64,000 nucleotides of DNA from Eubacteriales bacterium (GCA_045636465.1 JAZTXP010000069.1:1112-65111), one strand, 5' to 3'; shown: positions 1 through 10,453, numbered from the stretch's first letter. The notes: a model not told the origin generated them from the sequence alone. A program made the numbers and translations.

Positions 1-801
1 CATGCTAAGAAGCACGGCCACGATATGGTGCTGATCGATACAGCGGGTAGATTGCATATTGACGAGCAGCTTATGAAAGAGCTGGTAAATATCAAGAACG
101 CAACAAATCCCACCGAAATCCTTCTTGTAGTTGACGCAATGACAGGTCAGGACGCTGTTAACGTGGCAAAATCCTTTAATGATCTTCTTGACATTACAGG
201 CGTTGTTATGACAAAAATGGACGGTGATACCAGAGGCGGTGCTGCTCTCTCGGTCAAATACATCACCGGCAAACCTATTAAGTTTATCGGTACGGGCGAA
301 AAACTCGATGCAATTGAAGTTTTCCATCCCGACAGAATGGCATCCCGTATTCTCGGTATGGGCGATATCCTTTCCCTGATCGAAAAGGCGGAGGCCGCAT
401 ACGATGCAAAGAATGCCTTGGAAATGGAAAGAAAGATTCGCGAGCAGACCTTCACTCTTGACGATTTCCTCGATCAGATGAAGCAGCTCAAGAAAATGGG
501 AAGCCTGGATCAGATTGCAGGAATGCTTCCCGGTGTCAAGGCAGGTTCGCTTAAAGATGCCCAGATAGATGAAAAGCAAATGGCAAGAACCGAGGCTATA
601 ATTCTTTCAATGACAAAGGCAGAAAGGACAAAGCCCGATATGATCAATGGTTCCCGCAGAAAGCGCATTGCAAAGGGTAGCGGAACCTCGGTCGAAGAGG
701 TAAACAAACTCTTGAAGCAGTTTGATCAGATGAAGAAGCTGATGAAACAATTTACAGGCATGGGTAAGCGCAGATTCGGCGGAATCAAGCTTCCCTTCTA
801 A
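1..801 (+). CDS. ffh: Signal recognition particle protein Ffh, C-terminal part (5' end lies outside the window)
   Basis: Frame 1 is open from base 1 ([21 protein letters not shown]...). It has G-domain motifs (DTAGR, TKMDGD) and a Met-rich M-domain tail. rpsP follows, as in the Firmicute ffh-rpsP operon. Confidence 0.92.
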   Translation, partial: HAKKHGHDMVLIDTAGRLHIDEQLMKELVNIKNATNPTEILLVVDAMTGQDAVNVAKSFNDLLDITGVVMTKMDGDTRGGAALSVKYITGKPIKFIGTGEKLDAIEVFHPDRMASRILGMGDILSLIEKAEAAYDAKNALEMERKIREQTFTLDDFLDQMKQLKKMGSLDQIAGMLPGVKAGSLKDAQIDEKQMARTEAIILSMTKAERTKPDMINGSRRKRIAKGSGTSVEEVNKLLKQFDQMKKLMKQFTGMGKRRFGGIKLPF

Positions 802-860
802 TTCAAAATCAATAAATAAAAATAAACAAAAATAAACACACATTTTGGAGGAAAAAAGAA

Positions 861-1103
861 ATGGCAGTAAAAATCAGACTTAAGAGAATCGGCGCAAAGA
901 AGACACCCTTCTACCGCGTAGTTGTTGCAGACGAGCGTTCTCCTCGTGACGGTAAGTTCATCGAAGAGATCGGTTACTACAACCCTCTTACAGATCCCGT
1001 TGACATCAAGATCGACGCTGAGAAGGCTCAGAAGTGGATCAAGAACGGCGCTCAGCCCACAGAAACTGTTCGTTCTCTTCTCAAAAAGAGCGAAATTATC
1101 TAA
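861..1103 (+). CDS. rpsP: 30S ribosomal protein S16
   Basis: [42 protein letters not shown] is the canonical S16 N-terminus. A GGAGG Shine-Dalgarno (SD) sits upstream. Confidence 0.97.
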   Translation: MAVKIRLKRIGAKKTPFYRVVVADERSPRDGKFIEEIGYYNPLTDPVDIKIDAEKAQKWIKNGAQPTETVRSLLKKSEII

Positions 1104-1126
1104 TCATTCGGAAAAGGTAGTTCATA

Positions 1127-1360
1127 ATGAATTTCAAGGAAATACTTACCAACATAGCACGTGCTATCGTTGATGAACCGGATGCAGTTAACGTTGCAGA
1201 AGTTGTTGATGGCGACGATATCGAGCTTACTTTAACAGTAGCCGAAGGTGATACCGGCATGGTTATCGGCCGTCACGGCAGAATTGCAAAGGCAATACGC
1301 CAGATCATGAAGGCTGCAGCTAACACTTGTGGCAAACATGTTACTGTAGAAATCAAATAA
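1127..1360 (+). CDS. KH-domain RNA-binding protein (YlqC/UPF0109 family)
   Basis: 77 aa containing VIGRHGRIAKAIRQI (KH GXXG motif), in the conserved position right after rpsP. Confidence 0.85.
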   Translation: MNFKEILTNIARAIVDEPDAVNVAEVVDGDDIELTLTVAEGDTGMVIGRHGRIAKAIRQIMKAAANTCGKHVTVEIK

Positions 1361-1365
1361 TAAAA

Positions 1366-1403
1366 TGAGGCAGTTTCTCAAAAGCTGCCTCGTTTTATTA
1401 TTT
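1366..1403 (+). terminator. Rho-independent terminator after the rpsP-KH operon
   Basis: TGAGGCAG ... CTGCCTC hairpin followed by GTTTTATTATTT. Confidence 0.7.
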
Positions 1404-1500
1404 AGAGTTATGTCGTCATCTGCTCATTTTTTGATTTTAAAATGTCCGAATCATGTATTTTAAAAATTTGAAAATATATGATAATAAATATCATTCAATA

Positions 1501-1529
1501 TTGACAAGTAAAGAAAAAAATGTTATAAT
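1501..1529 (+). promoter_or_regulatory. Consensus sigma-A type promoter upstream of glpK
   Basis: TTGACA (1501-1506), 17-nt spacer, TGT-TATAAT (extended -10, 1524-1529). Confidence 0.65.
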
Positions 1530-1572
1530 GTTTTTGTACAATATTAATAATATGTCTTTTGGAGGGTATTAC

Positions 1573-3060
1573 ATGAAAAAATATATTATGTCGCTTGACC
1601 AAGGAACTACCAGTTCGCGCTGTATACTTTTTGAAAAGGACGGCACGATTGCCAGCGTAGTACAAAGAGAATTTCCTCAAATCTTCCCTAAGGAGGGATG
1701 GGTTGAACACAATCCAATGACCATTTGGTCTACCCAGATCGCGGCTTGTACCGAAGCACTCCTTAAAATTGGAGCAAGCTGGGATGAGGTGTACGGAATA
1801 GGTATAACCAACCAAAGAGAAACAACTGTTGTTTGGGATAGACAAACCGGAAATCCTATTTACAATGCTATAGTCTGGCAGTGCAGGCGAACTGCTGACT
1901 TTTGCGAAGAATTGAAATCTCAGGGACACGAAAAGATGATAAAAGAAAAAACCGGTCTTCTTATCGACCCCTATTTCTCCGGAACCAAAATCAAATGGAT
2001 CCTCGATAATGTTGCAGGCGCAAGAGAAAAAGCCGAGAGGGGCGAATTGTGCTTCGGTACTATTGATACCTGGCTAATTTGGAATCTCACTGGCGGAAAG
2101 ATTCACGCAACCGATTACTCAAATGCATCAAGAACCATGTTATTCAATATCAAGACTCTCAGCTGGGATGATGAGCTGCTCAAGCTTTTGAACATTCCCG
2201 CCTCAATGCTTCCTCAAGTAAGACCATCATCCTCTATATTCGGCCATACAGATGCAAAAATACTTGGCGCGGCGCTTCCTATCGGCGGTGTTGCGGGCGA
2301 CCAACAGGCTGCTCTCTTCGGTCAGTGCTGCTTCAATGAGGGCGAACTCAAAAATACATACGGAACCGGTGGATTCATGCTTATGAATACCGGCAAAGAG
2401 CCTTATATGACGGATAACGGATTGATCACCACCATTGCTTGGGGTATCGGAGACAAGGTTACTTATGCTCTCGAAGGATCGGTATTCGTTTGCGGAGCCG
2501 CCATACAGTGGCTCAGGGATAGTATGAAACTTTTGGAATCTGCTCAGGATAGTGAATATTACGCATCCAAGGTTGAGGATTCAGGAGGAGTGCTTGTAGT
2601 TCCTGCATTCCAAGGTCTTGGCGCGCCTTGGTGGGATCCTTATGCAAGAGGCATAATCATAGGTATTACTCGCGCAACTACCAAGAACCACATCATTCGC
2701 GCTACGATAGAATCAATGGCTTATCAGACTGCAGACGTTATTGACCTTATGGAAAGCTCAACGTCAATGAAGATCGACAAGCTGTCGGTTGACGGTGGCG
2801 CAACATCCAACAATCTCCTCCTTTCTTTCCAGGCAGATATCCTGGGTGTTAAGATTGAGCGCCCCGAATGTATTGAAACCACCGCTCTTGGTGCGGCATA
2901 TCTTGCAGGACTATCAACGGGTGTTTACGGCTCCTTCGAAGAGATAAAGCAAAACCGTAAGATCGCAAGAGTTTATGAGCCTGCCAAGGACGATAGCTGG
3001 CGCGAGGAAAAAATCTCCGTTTGGAGAAAGGCTGTTCAAAGAAGCCTTGCTTGGAAGTAA
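1573..3060 (+). CDS. glpK: Glycerol kinase
   Basis: [20 protein letters not shown]..., the FGGY kinase family signature, about 495 aa. The start is set at ATG 1573, 6 nt after GGAGGG. The 5' extension in the ORF track is AT-rich leader. Confidence 0.95.
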   Translation: MKKYIMSLDQGTTSSRCILFEKDGTIASVVQREFPQIFPKEGWVEHNPMTIWSTQIAACTEALLKIGASWDEVYGIGITNQRETTVVWDRQTGNPIYNAIVWQCRRTADFCEELKSQGHEKMIKEKTGLLIDPYFSGTKIKWILDNVAGAREKAERGELCFGTIDTWLIWNLTGGKIHATDYSNASRTMLFNIKTLSWDDELLKLLNIPASMLPQVRPSSSIFGHTDAKILGAALPIGGVAGDQQAALFGQCCFNEGELKNTYGTGGFMLMNTGKEPYMTDNGLITTIAWGIGDKVTYALEGSVFVCGAAIQWLRDSMKLLESAQDSEYYASKVEDSGGVLVVPAFQGLGAPWWDPYARGIIIGITRATTKNHIIRATIESMAYQTADVIDLMESSTSMKIDKLSVDGGATSNNLLLSFQADILGVKIERPECIETTALGAAYLAGLSTGVYGSFEEIKQNRKIARVYEPAKDDSWREEKISVWRKAVQRSLAWK

Positions 3061-3080
3061 TCTTATATGTAAATATGATA

Positions 3081-3117
3081 GGCGATACCGTGTTTTCCAT
3101 GGTATCGCCACTTTTTT
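3081..3117 (+). terminator. Hairpin terminator between glpK and the convergent DUF3021 gene
   Basis: GGCGATACC (3081-3089) pairs with GGTATCGCC (3101-3109), followed by CTTTTTT. Confidence 0.7.
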
Positions 3118-3122
3118 AATCG

Positions 3123-3587
3123 TTATTTTGTTGAATTACCATCATTAAAATTATCGTTTTTCTCTATGATTTTATTTAACTTTTCAGTCTGCTTTTTCAT
3201 TATTACATAAATTATTCCCCACACTAATAAATAGCCAAAGACAAAAATAAGTGTAAATACTATGAATGGAGTCATTCCTGATTTCAACCATCCGTTCACA
3301 AAATATACAACGGTATACGCAACATAAAGAATCAAACCGTGAGAAAAAATCGACCATATAAGCGGAAGCTCTTCAATCCGGTAAAGTATTGTAATGCCGC
3401 CGGAGATGAATGCCAAGAGAGTGATTGATATGATGCCAATACACATCTCAGAAACCGAAACGCTTACGACAACGCCCGAAAGTCCAAGTATAGTATATAT
3501 TATCGCCAATACAATTGGGCCGAATCCCATAGCCATAACACCTCTTAAAAGAAAATCCTTATGATACCGTTTAATAATTGATTTCAT
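3123..3587 (-). CDS. Small multi-pass membrane protein (DUF3021-like partner of a LytTR regulator)
   Basis: 154 aa with about 4 hydrophobic helices. It overlaps the upstream LytTR gene by 4 nt, which is the usual LytTR+DUF3021 pairing. Confidence 0.6.
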   Translation of the reverse strand: MKSIIKRYHKDFLLRGVMAMGFGPIVLAIIYTILGLSGVVVSVSVSEMCIGIISITLLAFISGGITILYRIEELPLIWSIFSHGLILYVAYTVVYFVNGWLKSGMTPFIVFTLIFVFGYLLVWGIIYVIMKKQTEKLNKIIEKNDNFNDGNSTK

Positions 3588-4024
3588 ATATTATACCTCC
3601 TTTTAATATTTGCAAAGCAACGCCTGGAAACGTATTCCTTATAACCGCACTTAAACACGGCATCCACTGCTCCACTGAAAGCAGTTTTGTAGCTTTTTAT
3701 CCGGTTTTCATTTGCAATTGATGATTTGTTTATACGAATGAAATATGAAGGCAAGCCGGGTTCTATATCGCAAAGTTTTTTATTTGTTCTGTATTTCTTG
3801 CCGTCTGCGCATATCACATATACCTTCCTGTCGATTATAGTCATACACTCAACATCCGGAAGATCAATGCGCTTTATCTCATCTTCATTGTAAACATAAA
3901 GCCCGCCTTCCCCGCTCTCTTCCGCAACCATTTTCTCAATTTTGACGGTTAATTCGTTGGCAGAATGTGCATAAACAATTACTTCTTCGTCCTTTTCTTT
4001 ATCTATGATCAGACTGAATTTCAT
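3584..4024 (-). CDS. LytTR-family DNA-binding protein
   Basis: YFIRINKSSIANENRIKSY...VSRR pattern typical of the LytTR domain. The start is set at ATG 4024 (MKFSLII) with an AAAGGAAA SD. Confidence 0.7.
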   Translation of the reverse strand: MKFSLIIDKEKDEEVIVYAHSANELTVKIEKMVAEESGEGGLYVYNEDEIKRIDLPDVECMTIIDRKVYVICADGKKYRTNKKLCDIEPGLPSYFIRINKSSIANENRIKSYKTAFSGAVDAVFKCGYKEYVSRRCFANIKRRYNI

Positions 4025-5090
4025 CCATTTCCTTTCCGATTCCCAGCACGGCAAACCTCATGACAGGAATCCTTTTTATTATTTCGTTTAATATCAAAGT
4101 TGCTATCAATCCAAGCGCGGCTGTCAATACGACCTTTCCCCATAATGGAATACCGATATAAGTATAAAAATAGTATCCTATGTATACCATGCAGGGATAA
4201 TGCAAAACATAATAACCAAAGGAATTGCTCACAAAATATGATGAAAGCTTGGTTTGCTTGTTGCAGTATTTCTTAAATAGCCCAAGCATAGTCAGAGACA
4301 TCGACCATGCGTAAAAATTGGTGATCGGACTTTTCAAAACCGCATCGCTTACATAGTTTTTTCCTGCATAAAGGCAGAAATATACAACTCCCAAAGTTAT
4401 CGATGCAATAAGATTTATATGTAATGCTTTTTCTGTTCTTTCTATGATCTCATCGTGGGAAAGAATAAAATATCCAATGAGAAAGCTTGCAAAATAAATA
4501 CCGATTCTATACGTTGTAATAACCGGCATATTCAATATTTGTGCGCTTACATAGATTGCTAATCCGCCAAGCGAAAACAGTGCTAAGTAAGGAGGCTTTC
4601 CTCCCAGTTCATATAGTTTTTCTTCTGCTTTAGAACATGATATTGTTGATATTATCACCGCATACAGAAATGCCAGATGCGCAAACCATAACGGCCCGGA
4701 TCCGCTTAAAACGGATATTGGATAAATAAGAAAAGGTGGGATGTATTCAAGTCCGCCGCCGATTTTAATGTACAGATAACCCGTTACCCAGTGCAATACA
4801 AAAAGCCCTATAGTTGACGGTACTAAAAGTTTTTTCGCTCGTTCGTGCAAAAACCGCTTTTTGCCTCTTTTTTGCAGTGAAAAACGCGCGACAATTCCCG
4901 ATATCATAAATAGCAGGACCATAAACCAGGGATATATCAATGAGCAGAATGCATCAAATATAAAAACTCCCTCATCTATAGAAAATCCTCCGGGAACACC
5001 GACACCGTTGAAAATATAGCATGCGTGATAGATGATAACCGAGATAACCACGAATACTCTTAGGTTATCTAAATAGTTTTTTCGCTCCAT
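3999..5090 (-). CDS. Acyltransferase-3 family integral membrane protein
   Basis: N-terminal YLDNLRVFVVISVIIYH motif and about 10 hydrophobic segments. The start is ATG 5090 with an AGGAG SD. Its 3' end overlaps the LytTR start by 26 nt. Confidence 0.7.
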   Translation of the reverse strand: MERKNYLDNLRVFVVISVIIYHACYIFNGVGVPGGFSIDEGVFIFDAFCSLIYPWFMVLLFMISGIVARFSLQKRGKKRFLHERAKKLLVPSTIGLFVLHWVTGYLYIKIGGGLEYIPPFLIYPISVLSGSGPLWFAHLAFLYAVIISTISCSKAEEKLYELGGKPPYLALFSLGGLAIYVSAQILNMPVITTYRIGIYFASFLIGYFILSHDEIIERTEKALHINLIASITLGVVYFCLYAGKNYVSDAVLKSPITNFYAWSMSLTMLGLFKKYCNKQTKLSSYFVSNSFGYYVLHYPCMVYIGYYFYTYIGIPLWGKVVLTAALGLIATLILNEIIKRIPVMRFAVLGIGKEMDEIQSDHR

Positions 5091-5215
5091 AAGTAAAGCT
5101 CCTTTCGTTGTGTTGATAATATTATAACACATAAAAAGGAGCTTTTGTAAAGTTTTGTTTTTTCGGTATTTTCTATTGCTTCTTCGGTTGCTTTTGCATA
5201 CTTTAAGGCTGAAAA

Positions 5216-6097
5216 TTATCGGGACATCTTAATATCTGTCAAATGATTTGACAGTATAACGAATTCTTCTGTGGAGAGGCGCTCACCACGGATTTTAGGA
5301 TCGAATCCCGATCTTGAAATCGCCTCGGCAACATCCTCCTTAGAGAATCCTCCAAGCTTTGCGCTGAGCGCATTTTCTAATGTTTTCCTTCGCATCTCGA
5401 AGGCGGCCTTAATGCAATTTCTGAAAAGCTTTTCATCCTTGATATCAAAGGGGCATTTTTCATAGAGATCAATTCTGACAACTGCGCTATCTACCTTTGG
5501 TGCCGGCACGAATGAGCCTGCTGAAACCTTAAAGAGCTTTCTGACAGTACCGTAATAGCCCAAAATAGCGGTTATGGCGCCGTAATCGGATGAGCCTGCC
5601 TTAGCAGAAAGCCTTTGCGCAACCTCATTTTGAACCATAACGGTTATAGAAGAGAATTTGGCACCGGATTCTAAGAGATGCATAAGAATGGGCGTAGTAA
5701 TATAGTAAGGAAGGTTAGCGCATACGGAAACGGGCTTCCCTTCTGCATAACACTCTACAAGCTCCCCGATGTTGATTTTCATTACGTCCTCGTTTATTAC
5801 AGTGACATTATCAAATTCAGCCAAGGTTTTTTCGAGAATGGGTATCAAGCCCTTATCGATTTCAATAGCAACGACCTTGCTATATCTCATTGCAAGTTCC
5901 TGAGTGAGGCAACCGATACCGGGGCCTATTTCAATTACGAGTCTATCAGAGGTGTCCGCACAGTTCTCTGCGATTTCCTCGGGGATTATTCTGTTTGTTA
6001 AGAAATTCTGTCCGAATTCCTTGCGGAAGGTTATTCCCGCATCGGACATCAAGGACTTGATTGTAGAAAGATTACATAAATCCATAAGCTTCTCCAA
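5216..6097 (-). CDS. rsmA: 16S rRNA (adenine1518/1519-N6)-dimethyltransferase RsmA/KsgA
   Basis: KEFGQNFL motif, EIGPGIGCLT SAM-binding motif and NLPYYITTPI motif. Confidence 0.93.
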   Translation of the reverse strand: MEKLMDLCNLSTIKSLMSDAGITFRKEFGQNFLTNRIIPEEIAENCADTSDRLVIEIGPGIGCLTQELAMRYSKVVAIEIDKGLIPILEKTLAEFDNVTVINEDVMKINIGELVECYAEGKPVSVCANLPYYITTPILMHLLESGAKFSSITVMVQNEVAQRLSAKAGSSDYGAITAILGYYGTVRKLFKVSAGSFVPAPKVDSAVVRIDLYEKCPFDIKDEKLFRNCIKAAFEMRRKTLENALSAKLGGFSKEDVAEAISRSGFDPKIRGERLSTEEFVILSNHLTDIKMSR

Positions 6098-6153
6098 ATA
6101 GCCGAAATAAGAAAAAGACTGTCACAAACAAAAATCCGGACAGCCATTTCGAT

Positions 6154-6229
6154 GGAGCTGGTAAGGGGACTCGAACCCCTGACCTGTTGATTACGAATCA
6201 ACTGCTCTACCAACTGAGCCACACCAGCA
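6154..6229 (-). tRNA. tRNA-Thr (anticodon CGU), CCA encoded
   Basis: Reverse complement reads GCTGGTGTGGCTCAGTTGGTAGAGCAGTTGATTCGTAATCAACAGGTCAGGGGTTCGAGTCCCCTTACCAGCTCCA. The cloverleaf folds by eye, and the anticodon loop TTCGTAA gives CGT. Confidence 0.93.
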
Positions 6230-6363
6230 TAATCGCTTAATTATTGTAACACTTTTAGCCTTGTTTGTCAATAGATTTTGAATAAATATTTGGATTTATT
6301 TGTTTGATGATAACCTGATATCGGGCATTTCATATAATACAACTATATAATCTACGGAGGTAT

Positions 6364-7401
6364 ATGATGGAAACAAAATATTTTGCTTCTGCCAATAGCT
6401 ATAATGGCTTTTACAGCCTTTTTGGCAGTATTTTTGACTCGAGAAGATTTGATAACGTTTTCGTCCTCAAAGGCGGGCCGGGCACGGGAAAAAGTACGCT
6501 GATGAAAAAAATCGCCGATTTTACAAAAAGCAAAGGAGGGCAAACGAAGCTATACTACTGCTCATCCGATATAAACTCTCTTGACGGTGTCATAATAAAT
6601 ATAGACGAAAAGCACTTTGCCATTATTGACGGTACGGCGCCCCACGAAAGAGATGCTGTTTTGGTAGGAGCTATAGATGAGATAATAAATTTAGGCGATA
6701 GCATTGATCGAGATTGGATAAGAGGACACAGGGATAATATAATAAGCTTGTCGAAGCAGAAATCCGAGGCCCACAAGGCAGCATACTCATATTTAAGAAT
6801 CGCAGGAGCTTGCTACGAAGAGATATATAAAAAGAATCTTTCAGGCTTCAGTGCTTATTCTGCCTCAAAATTTATAAGCGATTTGCCTATTAATACCAAT
6901 TTTATCGAGCAAAAAACAGAAAAGACCTTTATATCCTCGTTCAGCAAAGTGGGGTATAAAACTTTTCAAATATCGAATGATAGTTATAACAAATCCATCA
7001 AAATATGCGGAGACAAGACTAATATAAAAATTCTCTTGGAATATATAAGTGATATATTTGAATATGGAGATGCGAAAATCTTCCCTTCTCCATTAAATCC
7101 GGATCTACCTGAGGCTTGCATAATTGACGGTTGCCTTATTATAGGTACGGACAACGATTCTTCTTCAACCGACTCCGCCAAATTTTTTGATACATCAAAA
7201 ACAGATAAAGAAGAGGTTCGCCTTATGAAAACGATTCACGATGACGCGCTTGAGGAAGCATCAAGATGGCTTTCCATAGCAGCCGACATTCATTTTCGCC
7301 TCGAGGATATATATACGAAATGCATGAATTTTGAAAATAATGAAGCTATTTTCGATAAAATCTGCAAAAAAATACTTAAAGTTTGCGAATGTGACAACTA
7401 A
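6364..7401 (+). CDS. Conserved uncharacterized P-loop ATPase (resembles the Bacillus/Clostridium PRK06851-type family)
   Basis: Walker A motif LKGGPGTGKSTLMKK, then CSSD..SLDGV and IIDGTAPHERD motifs. ATG 6367 may be the true start (GGAGG sits 6 nt upstream). Confidence 0.6.
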   Translation: MMETKYFASANSYNGFYSLFGSIFDSRRFDNVFVLKGGPGTGKSTLMKKIADFTKSKGGQTKLYYCSSDINSLDGVIINIDEKHFAIIDGTAPHERDAVLVGAIDEIINLGDSIDRDWIRGHRDNIISLSKQKSEAHKAAYSYLRIAGACYEEIYKKNLSGFSAYSASKFISDLPINTNFIEQKTEKTFISSFSKVGYKTFQISNDSYNKSIKICGDKTNIKILLEYISDIFEYGDAKIFPSPLNPDLPEACIIDGCLIIGTDNDSSSTDSAKFFDTSKTDKEEVRLMKTIHDDALEEASRWLSIAADIHFRLEDIYTKCMNFENNEAIFDKICKKILKVCECDN

Positions 7402-7493
7402 ATTATTGACTTATTTAATTATTTATGGTATGATATATATTTAGAGGTATAATTCAATAAAGCGGCAGGAAAGCCCGCCGCTTTATACTAGAG

Positions 7494-8699
7494 TTAAATG
7501 TATTTCACGATTCTTTCGGTATCGGACGCGATTACAAGCTCTTCGTTCGTGGGAATCATATAAACCAAAACCCTTGAATCATCCGAAGATATCTTAACCG
7601 GTACGCTTGAATGGCCGAAGGTGTTGCGTTCGCGATCGATTTTGATGCCTAGGAATTCAAGTCCGGAAAGAGCATTTTCTCTGATATAAGGAGTATGCTC
7701 ACCTATTCCTGCGGTAAATACGATGGCATCTACACCGCCCATTGCGGCAGAATAAGAGCCTACAAACTTCTTGATTTGATAGCAAAGCATATCAAATGCA
7801 AGCTTTGCACGATGATTTCCACTCTTCATTGCCGCTTCTACGTCTCTGGAGTCAGAACCAACACCGCTTATTCCGTCAAATCCGCACTTCTTGTTCATAT
7901 AAGTGTCAACCTCTTTGGGAGAAAGCCCCTTCTTTTCCATAATGAACGGAACGATAGCAGGATCTATAGAGCCGCATCTGGTTCCCATAAGTAATCCGTC
8001 AAGAGGTGTAAAGCCCATAGAGGTATCTACGCATTTTCCGTCTTTGACAGCGGCAATTGAAGAACCGTTTCCAATATGGCAGGTGATTATCTTCTTATCT
8101 TTAAGATCGGCGGGCATCATTTTTGCCATCTCACCGCTTACGTATCTATGGGACGTGCCGTGAGCACCGTAACGGCGAACTCCGTATTCCTCATACATAT
8201 CGTATGATACACCGTACATGTATGCCGCCTCCGGCATCGTCTGGTGGAATGCGGTATCAAAGACAAGCACCTGTGGTGTATTTCTCATAACTGCTGTGCA
8301 GCCCTTAATGCCCATAATGTGAGCCGGTGTGTGCAAAGGCGCATACGATACGCACTTTTCAAGAACCCTCATAACCTCATCGTTGAGCAAAACCGACTGT
8401 GTGAAGTATGGACCGCCATGCACGACTCTGTGTCCAATGGCTTCAATTTCCAATACGTCGGAAATACATCCTACTCTACTGTCAAGAAGAGTTTCAACCA
8501 AAAGCTTGGTTGCCTCGGAATGATCCTTAAGCTCCATTTCCTTTACATACTCTTCCTTGCCGCTTGTTTTATGAATAATTCGAGAACCCTCGATTCCTAT
8601 TCTTTCGCAATTTCCCTTTGCGAGCACAGACAGGGTCTCTGTATCAAAAAGCTGATACTTGAGTGAGCTTGAGCCCGCATTAACAACTAATACCTTCAT
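7494..8699 (-). CDS. ackA: Acetate kinase
   Basis: MKVLVVNAGSSSLKYQLF N-terminus and full-length similarity to AckA. The start is set at ATG 8699, because the track's 16-codon extension lacks an SD. Confidence 0.95.
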   Translation of the reverse strand: MKVLVVNAGSSSLKYQLFDTETLSVLAKGNCERIGIEGSRIIHKTSGKEEYVKEMELKDHSEATKLLVETLLDSRVGCISDVLEIEAIGHRVVHGGPYFTQSVLLNDEVMRVLEKCVSYAPLHTPAHIMGIKGCTAVMRNTPQVLVFDTAFHQTMPEAAYMYGVSYDMYEEYGVRRYGAHGTSHRYVSGEMAKMMPADLKDKKIITCHIGNGSSIAAVKDGKCVDTSMGFTPLDGLLMGTRCGSIDPAIVPFIMEKKGLSPKEVDTYMNKKCGFDGISGVGSDSRDVEAAMKSGNHRAKLAFDMLCYQIKKFVGSYSAAMGGVDAIVFTAGIGEHTPYIRENALSGLEFLGIKIDRERNTFGHSSVPVKISSDDSRVLVYMIPTNEELVIASDTERIVKYI

Positions 8700-8811
8700 T
8701 GTATCGAATATCTCCGTTTCTAAAGTTATGACAGATATATTATACAACGAATGGGAAAAAATTTCAACATAAAAATTTGACTTTTATAAATATTTTTGAT
8801 GAGGAGAGAAA

Positions 8812-10026
8812 ATGAAGCTTGCCGCTATTATTGCCGAGTATAATCCGTTTCACAACGGACATAAATATCAAATCGATAAAGCACGAGAATTGCTTAGTGA
8901 CGATCTGGCAATTGTCGCGATAATGAGCGGCAATTATACTCAACGCGGAGAGCTTGCTATAGCCGACAAGACCTGTCGCGCAAAGGCAGCAGTTATGTGT
9001 GGCGTAAATCTTGTTATTGAGCTTCCCTTCCCTTATTCATGTTCATCAGCCGAAATATTTGCGACTGCAGGAGTTCATATCGCCAAATCAATCGGCGTTG
9101 ATTATCTGATATTCGGCAGTGAATGCGGAGATATAGATGCGCTGAAAAGGGCGGCTGACGTTTTAAGCTCCGAGGAATTCAAACAGAACGTAGCGGAAAT
9201 CAAAACAGGCAAATCGAGCAATGCTATGGGATATCCACAGATCGTTGAGGCGGCATACAAAAAATGCGATGGCGCCGATATACAGCTTGATATTTCTACC
9301 CCTAATAATATTTTGGCTATAGAATATATAAAGGCTATAAAGGCACTGGGGGCAGACCTTACTCCTATCACTGTCAAGAGATCGGGCGCAGGATATTCCG
9401 ACAGCGACATTGTTGAAGGTCAAGCTCTTCAAAGTGCAACAGCAATAAGGAGCTTGATGGCAAAAAAAGATAATTCTGCCTTCCAATATGTACCGAATTC
9501 TTCAAAAATAGCTTTTGATGAAGCAATTGCACACGGATTGATGCCTGCTTCTATTGAAAAGCTCTCCCCTGCAATAATTTCATCTCTCAGGTTAAATACG
9601 TCCTCCGACGTTAAGATATTTGACGCGGATGACGGTTTATATAATCGTCTTTGCAAACTTAGCATGAAGACAAACAGCATTTCATCTTTGGCGACGATGG
9701 CCGAAACAAAAAAGCATACCAAAGCCAGGATCAGACGCGCAATTATTAACTCTTTCTTTGGCGTTACCTCCTCCTTAGTAAAAGAGCCCCCTGCGTTCGC
9801 TCAAGTTCTGGCAATGGATGAAATCGGCTGTCAGGCGCTTAAAAGAATCAAGAAAACGACGTCCTTCCCCTGCATAACCAAGCCCTCCGACTATACCGAT
9901 CTTTCCCCTGAGGTTGTATCTCAAAAGGAAACGTCAAACGAAGCGGATGCTATTTATGCACTTTCTCTCCCAGGAGAAATCCCGGGAACGTTCTACCTCA
10001 CCTATACCCCGTTTGTAAAAAAATAG
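8812..10026 (+). CDS. tmcAL: tRNA(Met) cytidine acetate ligase TmcAL (YlbM/UPF0348 nucleotidyltransferase)
   Basis: MKLAAIIAEYNPFHNGHKYQI (HxGH nucleotidyltransferase motif), about 400 aa, typical YlbM architecture. Confidence 0.8.
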   Translation: MKLAAIIAEYNPFHNGHKYQIDKARELLSDDLAIVAIMSGNYTQRGELAIADKTCRAKAAVMCGVNLVIELPFPYSCSSAEIFATAGVHIAKSIGVDYLIFGSECGDIDALKRAADVLSSEEFKQNVAEIKTGKSSNAMGYPQIVEAAYKKCDGADIQLDISTPNNILAIEYIKAIKALGADLTPITVKRSGAGYSDSDIVEGQALQSATAIRSLMAKKDNSAFQYVPNSSKIAFDEAIAHGLMPASIEKLSPAIISSLRLNTSSDVKIFDADDGLYNRLCKLSMKTNSISSLATMAETKKHTKARIRRAIINSFFGVTSSLVKEPPAFAQVLAMDEIGCQALKRIKKTTSFPCITKPSDYTDLSPEVVSQKETSNEADAIYALSLPGEIPGTFYLTYTPFVKK

Positions 10027-10159
10027 GGGATTTTGCGATATTTTATAAAGCACTCTTTTTGTCGAATGTATTTACACCAGAAAAAAAGTTTGCTATTATA
10101 TCTATGAGGTGGACAAGCAGCCGTCATTTTCAAATATTACGAAAGGAGTTTATACTATT

Positions 10160-10453
10160 ATGATCAATGCAGAAGGCATTAGTAACGAGGAGTTCCTTGA
10201 ATATAAAGGCAGACCTCTCGTTAGACAGGATGATGATATTTACTACGGCGATTTGTCAGATAAATATTACATCTACATGATGGTTATTCAGAACAAAAAG
10301 ATTCATAAGGGAGAAAAAGAGCTCCCCGGTACTATTATGGTACAACTGCTTAACAGCGCTACTCAAAAGCCTGAAAAGCAGCAAATTATAACAACAGGCT
10401 TGGCAGAGGCGTTTGATTTTGCCGATGCATGGCTTACACGTTATAACAAGTAA
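10160..10453 (+). CDS. Hypothetical small protein
   Basis: Open frame with an AAAGGAG SD 11 nt upstream of ATG 10160. The GTG at 10109 in the track has no SD. I recognise no family. Confidence 0.45.
   Translation: MINAEGISNEEFLEYKGRPLVRQDDDIYYGDLSDKYYIYMMVIQNKKIHKGEKELPGTIMVQLLNSATQKPEKQQIITTGLAEAFDFADAWLTRYNK

Noticed and set aside
922-1173. 83-aa plus-strand ORF overlapping rpsP and the KH gene
   Set aside because: It is an alternative frame across two certain genes and their intergenic SD, with no independent support.
1453-1572. 40-codon N-terminal extension of glpK in the ORF track
   Set aside because: The extension covers the AT-rich promoter/leader (TTGACA-17-TATAAT at 1501-1529). 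The canonical GlpK N-terminus begins at ATG 1573 after GGAGGG.
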